IMG/VR virus record: IMGVR_UViG_3300043434_000266 | Location: 1-64,000 of that record | DNA from: a virus | Length of the DNA: 64,000 bases | Reading direction: 5' to 3' (one strand) | Shown: piece after piece, positions 1 to 8,241 of the stretch | How the letters are laid out: each line of letters opens with the position of its first letter | Position numbering within the stretch: the stretch's first letter is position 1 | Translations under genes and position numbers: made by a program | Notes under the pieces: generated by a model | What the model was told of the DNA's origin: nothing | Seen by the model: the letters and a program-made list of their open reading frames with translations, nothing else | Databases searched by the model: none

Positions 1-1
1 C

Positions 2-3000
2 GGTAATGATAAATACGATGCACAGATTCGTAAACTAGTTTATGAAGGTAGAGCAAGTTATAATCCTGCAACTAAGGTAATGACTTTCTTAAAACCTAAT
101 CAACAAACTAAAGTTGATCAGACTACTCAAACTTTATCTAAAGATAAACGTACGTGGAATGAGCAAGATAAAAAAACAGTTGCTAAGGTAAAAGAGGACG
201 CAACAAAGATGACTCCTGAAAAAGCTAGGCAGTACATTGTTGATAATCAAAAAGACTTTGTACAGAAGTCAGCATTAGCAGCTGGAGCATTAGCAGCACC
301 ATTTGCAGCACCAGCTGTAATGGGGGCATTAGAAGCACCAATGGTTATAGCTGGTTCTACAGTTCCTCAAGCAGCAGTAACTCTTAATGCAGGTCAGGCA
401 ATAGGTGCATTAGGTGCGGGTTATGGATTTACTCAATTACCTAATACTTGGAATACAGTAAACAGAGCTGTTGATAATCCTACAACATCAAATATTACAG
501 ATGCTGCAACAACTTTGGGTGTTAATGCGTTAGACTTTGTGGGAGTAGGTCTTGGTAAAGCTGCGTTAAGTGGTACAAAAAACGCTGGACGTTTCTTAAC
601 TACGCAAACACCTTTAAAAAATGCGTATAAGATTAATCCTTGGGCATTTAAACCTAATCCTAATAATATTTATAGAGGTATTGGAAAAGGTGGAATGGAA
701 GATGCTTTTCGATCAGGAGTTATACGAAATAACCCAAATAAATTTTCAACAGAAGGCATAAGAGCTGGAGTAGAAAACGGAGGTTTTAGAAGTCCATATT
801 TTGTTGAGGGTGAAAATTTTAATATTGCTGAACAATATGCTAATGGATATATAGCTGAAACACCTTTAATAAGAAACGCAGAAACAGGAGAATTAGCAGC
901 ATATCCAGCTGGTAATGATTGGGGATGGACAGGAGCTGAAGCAGAAATGCCTTTAAAAGATTTTAAAATATTACAAAAAGATTGGTTAAGAGGTTATAAA
1001 CCTGTGGAAGTTCCTAAAGTACTACCTGGTTCTGCTAATGCAGGTTCTATTACAAATACAGCACCTGTTTCCTGGTCTATGCAAGAGATGCCAGGATTAC
1101 ATTTAAAATCTACAATGAGTGGTAGTACTTTAGAAAAACAACTTTCTAAAACTGGAGAAATAAGTAGAAACAATATTATAGCACATATAAATAAAGCAGA
1201 AACTTCTGCTGCTGATAAATTTACTTTACAAAAAGTATTAGATACAAAGTTTCCAAATCAAAATAAAATAGACTATAATGATTTTAGAAAAGCTGTTTCA
1301 GATGAAGCTATTGAGTTAGAAAGAAAAGTTTTACCAGATTATCAACATAATAATTGGGGTGTTGGTAGATTAGGTTATCCTCTTGCAAAAAGATCTAGTT
1401 TTGACAATGCAATAAAATCTGGACAAGAGAATATACAAAACTTAGAAAGAAGGTTAAGTGGTACTATTGAATCTAATCCTTGGGAAACCCGTGAAGATTT
1501 AGAGTGGCAACTATCTGAAGCAAAAAACCAACTAGCAAAAAACTTATCTGAGTACGAAAAACTACCCCTAGAAAATGTATCTATTACTTATGAAAATCCC
1601 ACAAAGTTTGGTAGTGGTAGTGCTGATCATTTTGATGAATCTACATTAGGACATGCTCGAACATTAGTATCTCAGGAAGAACCGGATATTATGCACTTTT
1701 TAGAACAACAGAGTGATTACTGGCAAAAGTTAGGAAAAACAAAACCTGTTGATTTAGAAAAATATGAAAAACAAATCGCAAGACGAGAAGCTGAGTATCT
1801 TGAAGATTTAGAAACTCTTAAAAAATTAAAAGAAACTAAAATGGATTACACTGGTAATCCAAAATCAGATTTCGAAATAGCGCAGTTTGAAGATATTGTA
1901 AATAAAAAAGGTGCAGAGCTAAATTTGAGAAAAGGGAATCTTTTTAATCCTCAACAAAAAGAATTTTTAGGTAAAAACTATCAAGAAAGACTATTACAAG
2001 AAAATGTAAAATATGCAGCAGAACAAGGAAAATCTACTGTAAGAGTTCCTACTTCTGAAACAGCTGCTAAAATACAAGGATATGATAAAAAAGTAGATGC
2101 AGACAGAGCAAATCTTCTTGCAAATGAAATAAGTTTTTTAGAGAGACCTGATGTTTGGAAAGCATCAGAAGTAAACGATTACAATTCTGATATAATATCA
2201 CGTGTAACAAAAGAATTAGAAAATGCAGGGGGTGATGTTGAAAAACTTATTGCTAAAAAATTAGAAGAGAAGAAACGGGCAATGACGGTAGATTATTTAC
2301 CAATGCATCAAACTATTCTTAAAAAATATTCAGAACAACCTAAGACTATTAAAAAGCTATTTGGTGCAGAACCTAGAGTAGTAACAGATGGTAAAGGTAA
2401 TACATGGTACGAGTTTGATATACCTGAAAGTTTTAAACAAGGAAAAGCTGAAATTAAAGCTTTTCGTTTAGGCGGGTTTATAAGAGAAGGATCAACTACA
2501 CAGCAAAATAAAAATAATGGTTTATATCTAGGTCACTATGAATTTAAAGATGGTGGATTAGTTCAAATGCCTTTGGGTGGTGCTAATAGATATAGTGGTA
2601 AGATGACCGCTGATGAATTTAATCAGCTAACAGAGAAACCTCTACCACTTGCACTACAGTTACCAGAGAAACCAGCTACTACTATTGAGGAATACATGGC
2701 ATCCAAGAATCCAATTCTTAAAAGGGATCTTGAAAAAGCAAAAGTAGAAGCAGTAGAAAAAAAATATAGTGAGTCTCCCACATATAAGGGTGAAGCTAAT
2801 GTATATAGATCCCCAGAGGAACATGCTGCAGTATATGAAAAAACAGCTGATCATAAATTAAGATTTAAGAATGAAGCTGACTACAGTGAAGAAGATATTA
2901 AAACTATTCAAAAAGATTTTGTTGATAAAGGTATATTCCAATCTAAACAATTAGATCCTAAGAACTATAAAACAAAAGAAGAAGTAATTGCGCTTCAAAC

Positions 3001-5857
3001 ATTTCTAGCAGAGAATGGTTTGATGGATGATCTTGGTAAGTATGGTGTTAATAAAGACGGTATTGATGGAAAGTTGGGTGCTAAAACCAGAGCTGCAATT
3101 CAGAAGTACAATGAACATAATAAAGAATACCAAGAGGGTGTATTAGATGATGCTACAAAAAAAGCAATCAAAGATTTTAAAAACGCTGAAGATGCTAAAC
3201 GTGCATTAGGATTAAACGTAGGTTCTAATCTATATGGTATGGTGAACGAGGATGGAACAGCTAATGTAGGTCTGTCTAATCAGGAACTTTCTGACTTTGA
3301 GAAACAACTCATGAAGAGAGGTTACTTCACAGGTAAAGATTATAATACAGATTTGATATCTGATGATGAAGTTAATCCTAAAGTAGCATTTAAGTTTAAA
3401 CTTAATCCTAGTTCTAAGACACCATTTGGAATGTGCGCTCAGTATGTTAATGGTACTGTATGTGATGAAGATGCTGCAGGATTTGAAGCTCGTGAAGGTT
3501 TAGGATTAAATGGATCTGCGTGGCACATCTCTGATAATATTGAAAAGAAAGGTGGTAAAAGAATCTTTGCAGGTTTACCTGAAAGAAGTCAAGTAGGTGA
3601 TCTAAAGAATAAGGATCAAATTACTAACTATCTTAAGTCTACATTAAGCTCTCAAAAAGATGCACTAAAGAGTATTATAGGCGGTGGCGTTACATGGGAC
3701 AGTAAAGTAAGACCTGGTGATGTTGTAAATATATTTTACGAAGGTTCTAACTATACCGAAGAAGCATATCAGCAAACTAAATCTATGAACAATAGATTGT
3801 TTACAACTCACGTAGGTGTTGTTAAAGCGGACGATGCAGGTAATCTATATGTGGAACATAACGTTCACGGAAAAGTAGAGAAAGATAAGATCACTGATTT
3901 TCTTGAAGGTAAAGTTAAAGGTAATGGTAATAACAGAGTCTCAATGATTTCCGGTATTACAAGACCTAATTACTACACTGGAATATTTGAAGATGGTTCG
4001 GGTATACCTTCTGCTGGGGTAGATTATTATCAAACCGAATATGGACAATTTAATCCTAAAGGTGTAAAAGCTAGACAGGATGATAATAATGCACAGTCTG
4101 TTGCAGGAAAGAATACCTACAAACTATTAAAAACTATTGAGAAGAACAAGGATAAAGTATTAAAAGACATTCCTATTACTGAGAATGAGTTTGATAAGTT
4201 GATGAGAACAACTCGTGCTATTCCTACATTAGAAACCTATGGTGGTATGAACTTAGGTGAACCTGTTAACCAAACACAGAAATGGTTACAGGATACATTT
4301 ATGAGTGATAGAGAAAAGTCAATGGGTATTACTAAGTTAAAAGACGAAAGTAATTTGAATCCGACTTTGCGCAAGAAGCTTCTTAAATCAGATGAAGAAT
4401 TAGCTACACCAGAGAAAGCGGCATTACCAACATTCTATAAAGTAAGTAAGGATTATTTATATCTTAAAGAAGTAGCTAATAAGTATGGTATTACAAATAT
4501 TAGTACGGATCAATTAGCAAAACTTGCAGGTTTAGCATATAATCAATCAGTAGGTAAGATTGCAAAAGATCTTGTAGAAGCTGGTTCTTATGATAACTAT
4601 ATCAGTGGTCGTCAACAAAAAGCAAAAGCTGCTGGATCAGATAAGTTTAAATACGAAAGTCTTATAGATATCTATGATCAGCAAACTATGAAACGTGGTG
4701 GTAACGTAAATAGTCAAGGATTATTCTTAGGTAAGTTTGAATTCAAAGACGGCGGTCTTGTAAAGTATCAGGACAAGGGTGAGGTTAACATGTATGAATT
4801 AGAGAGACGTGCGAAAGCAATGGGTCACAATAGCATTGAAGACTACAGAAATGCTAATTGGGGATATGGTGAGAATCATCCTAAAATAGTAAAACTTAGA
4901 CAAGAGTATCCATATACGTGGAAACTAGCAAAAGGATTACCAAGTGTAGAAAGATATAAAGATGTTTCCCCTACACAATGGTTTGATATGCTTGATATGA
5001 TTGCTCAAGCAGAATCTAAGAATAGAAATATTCGACAAGGAGATGATGGACCTGGTAGAGGTTATTATCAATTTGAAGCACCATCCACAACAACAGCAAA
5101 AAATAGAGCAATTCAAATTAAAAAAGATTTAAAGAGTTTGGGTTACGATTTGCAGGTACCTGAAAGATTTGATACAAACTTTATGAATCTATCTAAAGAT
5201 GAACAAGCTTTCTATGCACTGAGTAATCTTATTAAAGGTGCTTCTGCAAAAAGAGAAGGTAATCCTAATTATAAAATTGATTTAACTAATCCTGGTAAAG
5301 CATGGTTTGATTTACATTGGGCAGGTGCTGAGAAACATCCAGAAGATGTTAATGATCGTATTGCGCATTGGAATGAATCAAACCCTAATTACAAAATAGG
5401 ATTTGATCAAAAAAAACAAATTGTTCCTTTAAAAGCAAATGGAGGTTTGGTTAAAGCACAGGAAGGTAAAGAAATGCCGTTTGACTTACCACTAAAAGAA
5501 CAAAACATCTATTTACTTCCTGAGTATAATCAACCCATTAATCCATTTACTGGAGAGATTCTTCCGGATCCACAAAGACCGAACTTAGGTATGGATACTG
5601 GAGCTACAGAATATAAGTATACTTACGGAAGTGACAAAGGTGATATTGATGTACCATCAATAGTAGCAGGTCAGTATATAGGAGATCAAGCATTAGATAG
5701 ATACATGCTTACAGGTGAAAGATTTAAGACAATGAACGATCCTGGATCCTATAGTAAGTTCTACGATCAAATGGGTCAATTAGGTTTGATGCAGGAAAAG
5801 AATGGAGGGTCTGTAAGAAAAGTAAAGATCAAACGTGCTCCTAGGAAAAACCAGTAA
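2..5857 (+). CDS. Large multidomain virion cargo protein (5'-truncated): hydrophobic segment, ART-like domain, HxR/QSD domain, PG-binding domain, CHAP/NlpC-P60 amidase, two lysozyme-like domains
   Basis: Frame is open from nt 2 through the ATG at 80, so the true start is probably upstream of the window. Motifs: YRGIG..SPYF; HF..LGHAR..EQQSDYWQ; LQTFLAENG..DGIDGKLGAKTRAAI; CAQYV..PGDVV..THVGVV; ETYGG..SMGITKL..AYNQ; AES..GRGYYQF. Confidence 0.8.
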   Translation, partial: GNDKYDAQIRKLVYEGRASYNPATKVMTFLKPNQQTKVDQTTQTLSKDKRTWNEQDKKTVAKVKEDATKMTPEKARQYIVDNQKDFVQKSALAAGALAAPFAAPAVMGALEAPMVIAGSTVPQAAVTLNAGQAIGALGAGYGFTQLPNTWNTVNRAVDNPTTSNITDAATTLGVNALDFVGVGLGKAALSGTKNAGRFLTTQTPLKNAYKINPWAFKPNPNNIYRGIGKGGMEDAFRSGVIRNNPNKFSTEGIRAGVENGGFRSPYFVEGENFNIAEQYANGYIAETPLIRNAETGELAAYPAGNDWGWTGAEAEMPLKDFKILQKDWLRGYKPVEVPKVLPGSANAGSITNTAPVSWSMQEMPGLHLKSTMSGSTLEKQLSKTGEISRNNIIAHINKAETSAADKFTLQKVLDTKFPNQNKIDYNDFRKAVSDEAIELERKVLPDYQHNNWGVGRLGYPLAKRSSFDNAIKSGQENIQNLERRLSGTIESNPWETREDLEWQLSEAKNQLAKNLSEYEKLPLENVSITYENPTKFGSGSADHFDESTLGHARTLVSQEEPDIMHFLEQQSDYWQKLGKTKPVDLEKYEKQIARREAEYLEDLETLKKLKETKMDYTGNPKSDFEIAQFEDIVNKKGAELNLRKGNLFNPQQKEFLGKNYQERLLQENVKYAAEQGKSTVRVPTSETAAKIQGYDKKVDADRANLLANEISFLERPDVWKASEVNDYNSDIISRVTKELENAGGDVEKLIAKKLEEKKRAMTVDYLPMHQTILKKYSEQPKTIKKLFGAEPRVVTDGKGNTWYEFDIPESFKQGKAEIKAFRLGGFIREGSTTQQNKNNGLYLGHYEFKDGGLVQMPLGGANRYSGKMTADEFNQLTEKPLPLALQLPEKPATTIEEYMASKNPILKRDLEKAKVEAVEKKYSESPTYKGEANVYRSPEEHAAVYEKTADHKLRFKNEADYSEEDIKTIQKDFVDKGIFQSKQLDPKNYKTKEEVIALQTFLAENGLMDDLGKYGVNKDGIDGKLGAKTRAAIQKYNEHNKEYQEGVLDDATKKAIKDFKNAEDAKRALGLNVGSNLYGMVNEDGTANVGLSNQELSDFEKQLMKRGYFTGKDYNTDLISDDEVNPKVAFKFKLNPSSKTPFGMCAQYVNGTVCDEDAAGFEAREGLGLNGSAWHISDNIEKKGGKRIFAGLPERSQVGDLKNKDQITNYLKSTLSSQKDALKSIIGGGVTWDSKVRPGDVVNIFYEGSNYTEEAYQQTKSMNNRLFTTHVGVVKADDAGNLYVEHNVHGKVEKDKITDFLEGKVKGNGNNRVSMISGITRPNYYTGIFEDGSGIPSAGVDYYQTEYGQFNPKGVKARQDDNNAQSVAGKNTYKLLKTIEKNKDKVLKDIPITENEFDKLMRTTRAIPTLETYGGMNLGEPVNQTQKWLQDTFMSDREKSMGITKLKDESNLNPTLRKKLLKSDEELATPEKAALPTFYKVSKDYLYLKEVANKYGITNISTDQLAKLAGLAYNQSVGKIAKDLVEAGSYDNYISGRQQKAKAAGSDKFKYESLIDIYDQQTMKRGGNVNSQGLFLGKFEFKDGGLVKYQDKGEVNMYELERRAKAMGHNSIEDYRNANWGYGENHPKIVKLRQEYPYTWKLAKGLPSVERYKDVSPTQWFDMLDMIAQAESKNRNIRQGDDGPGRGYYQFEAPSTTTAKNRAIQIKKDLKSLGYDLQVPERFDTNFMNLSKDEQAFYALSNLIKGASAKREGNPNYKIDLTNPGKAWFDLHWAGAEKHPEDVNDRIAHWNESNPNYKIGFDQKKQIVPLKANGGLVKAQEGKEMPFDLPLKEQNIYLLPEYNQPINPFTGEILPDPQRPNLGMDTGATEYKYTYGSDKGDIDVPSIVAGQYIGDQALDRYMLTGERFKTMNDPGSYSKFYDQMGQLGLMQEKNGGSVRKVKIKRAPRKNQ
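2519..2563 (+). repeat. Linker repeat copy 1 (GLYLGHYEFKDGGLV)
   Basis: 12/15 aa identical to copy 2 at 4718-4762. Confidence 0.85.
4718..4762 (+). repeat. Linker repeat copy 2 (GLFLGKFEFKDGGLV)
   Basis: Same peptide as at 2519-2563 with synonymous codon divergence. Confidence 0.85.
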
Positions 5858-5894
5858 ATTTTAGTATCTTGTATAATATCACTATCTTAGCCAG

Positions 5895-8237
5895 ATGAAC
5901 AGAAAAAAAAGAACACGCAGTAGCAGAAAAAGTTCTCCACTTTCAATAGACTTGAGAGATTTTCTTATGTATAGTAACCCTTCAATGTTTGCTCCTAAAG
6001 TAAGGGCAAATGGGGGTGAAGCATATCCTCAAGCACCAACCATGAATCAATTCTTTGATTACGGTCATCCTACACCACAAGTACCTTTTGTTTTCCAAAC
6101 AGGAGGTATGATGGATTTCTCCGGAGAGAATTCTACGAGACGTTCTAACTTCTTAAATAAGATTAAAGAAGCAGCAGCAGCTGCTGTTCAGAAAGAGTTT
6201 GAGAATGAAGCATTTGACTATGAGGAAGAAGCGGATTCAATGTTTCAAACAGGTGGTCCATTCGCAATGGATTTCTCAAAAGCAAACGCGTGGGCATCTG
6301 CACAACAACCATCTAACTTTTATAATGCTGCATCTAATTTTGCTACATTATGGGATGCTGCACAAAGCGGTCCTACAGATACATATATCAAACGTTGGAA
6401 ACAACAGCAGTTACCTATTGCGCAAACAGGATTAGAGAATAAGAATGATTGGAGAGATCAACTTTCTCTTTATCCAGAGAATGAGTATATTCCAGAAACT
6501 CCTAACGAAGATCCGTTAGCAACTATGACGCGTGATCAACGTCTCGCATATGAGAGATCAAGACGCAATCTTGCTCCTGGTACTGTTGTAGATCAAGTAA
6601 CAGCAAACGATAGTAGTATAAAGAACCAAGCTCTTGCTGATCAACGTGCTAGAGAAATGGGGTTAGATCCATTAACTGGTAAAATGATGGGTAAGGATAT
6701 GACTCCTATTGTAGAGAAAGATACTGCTGATTGGAGAAATCATATGATGATTCCTGGTAGAAATACAGCTACCGCTACAACTACTACAACTCCAGGTGCT
6801 AATACTAATCAAACAATTGTTGAAAAAGCTGTAGAGGATGTAAAGAAAAAAGAAGAGGAAAAGAAAGTTACTCCACCTGCAGCAGGATCAGATGTAACAT
6901 CAACATCTCCTGATGGTACTCAAATAGTAACTAATCCTGATGGCACCCAATCTTCTATATCACCACAAGAAGCTGCAAGAAGAAAAGCAGAAGAAGATAA
7001 AAAGAAAGGTGCAAATCCGGAAACTCCTGCTCCAGGTAGTGAAGAAGAAAGTAATGCCGCAGCAGCCGCGGGTATGTCACCTGAACAATACAGAACGTTC
7101 TTAACCAGAGCAACTGTAAACAATAGACGTGCTATCCTACCAGGTAATAGATTGAGATCTATGGATTTCTATTTTGATACTTATGGTCCTGGTATGAACC
7201 CTATTACAGCATCTGCACAAGGTGCTCGTAATACTCAACAAGGTCAAGGTACAATGCAGAATCCTCAAAATCCTGCTGATGTACCTGGTGCTAGAAGTAA
7301 TCAACCAGGAGCTCCTAAGAGATCTGGTTTTTTAAATAAAATATTTGGAAGAGCTGATGAACAATCTAGATGGAATCCTGAAAACGATGTCAGCAGATTT
7401 AGTTCTAAAGTTAGAAATACAGAATCTCCTGTAATGGAGAGTCAGTTTGAAACTCAAGGTTATTCTGACAAGAATTATATGTCTGATCTAAGAAATGATA
7501 TGGCAACAAATCGTTTGAATCGTTTAGGTGAACGTATTGATAGAAACATGCAGAGAGAAATGGCACTCGATAAGTTTTATGGAGCTCCTATCTCAGATAG
7601 AATGCAACGTTTAAGAGATCGTGATTTACGTAGATATAATAGAGTTGCCGATAGATTTAATAGAGATGAGTATGTAGCACCAGCATTCGCAATGGGTGGT
7701 GGTATGGCGTATTTCCAACCAGGTGGTGAAAATGATATTTACGGAACTGATGGTTATTCTACAGACGGATATGATACTACAGAACGTGAAGACTATGCAG
7801 GTAATACTATCTATGAAGAAGCACCAGCAGAGTATCAAGCGCAAATACCTGGTCAGAAAGTAGGATCAAATAAAATGACTGCTATCTTCGGACACTATAA
7901 TCCTTATGAAGCACCTATGATGTTAGCTGGATTACAAGCAACTGCAGGTTTGATGGATAGAAGAAACCAAAGAAAACTTCAAGGTGAGTGGATGGGTAAG
8001 ACTAGTGCTGACCAAGTTTACACTAAAGACTTTGAAAAAGATCGTGGAGATTATACTATGAATGAAGGTTATTCTAGCGATGATATGGTACCTATTAAAA
8101 ATGCAGGATATAATTACCAATCTTTTAATGCTAAGATGGGTGGTAGTTATAAGAAAGGTGGTGAATATTATTTATCAGATGAAGAAATCCAACGTATCAT
8201 TGATATGGGTGGTGAAGTAGAATTCTTAGAAGATTAA
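5895..8237 (+). CDS. Virion cargo/internal protein, low complexity, several xxxGG motifs
   Basis: 780-aa ORF with basic N-terminus, Pro/Thr/Gln-rich disordered middle, and RANGG, FQTGG x2, FAMGG, FQPGG, AKMGG, YKKGG motifs. Confidence 0.7.
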   Translation: MNRKKRTRSSRKSSPLSIDLRDFLMYSNPSMFAPKVRANGGEAYPQAPTMNQFFDYGHPTPQVPFVFQTGGMMDFSGENSTRRSNFLNKIKEAAAAAVQKEFENEAFDYEEEADSMFQTGGPFAMDFSKANAWASAQQPSNFYNAASNFATLWDAAQSGPTDTYIKRWKQQQLPIAQTGLENKNDWRDQLSLYPENEYIPETPNEDPLATMTRDQRLAYERSRRNLAPGTVVDQVTANDSSIKNQALADQRAREMGLDPLTGKMMGKDMTPIVEKDTADWRNHMMIPGRNTATATTTTTPGANTNQTIVEKAVEDVKKKEEEKKVTPPAAGSDVTSTSPDGTQIVTNPDGTQSSISPQEAARRKAEEDKKKGANPETPAPGSEEESNAAAAAGMSPEQYRTFLTRATVNNRRAILPGNRLRSMDFYFDTYGPGMNPITASAQGARNTQQGQGTMQNPQNPADVPGARSNQPGAPKRSGFLNKIFGRADEQSRWNPENDVSRFSSKVRNTESPVMESQFETQGYSDKNYMSDLRNDMATNRLNRLGERIDRNMQREMALDKFYGAPISDRMQRLRDRDLRRYNRVADRFNRDEYVAPAFAMGGGMAYFQPGGENDIYGTDGYSTDGYDTTEREDYAGNTIYEEAPAEYQAQIPGQKVGSNKMTAIFGHYNPYEAPMMLAGLQATAGLMDRRNQRKLQGEWMGKTSADQVYTKDFEKDRGDYTMNEGYSSDDMVPIKNAGYNYQSFNAKMGGSYKKGGEYYLSDEEIQRIIDMGGEVEFLED

Positions 8238-8241
8238 TATT

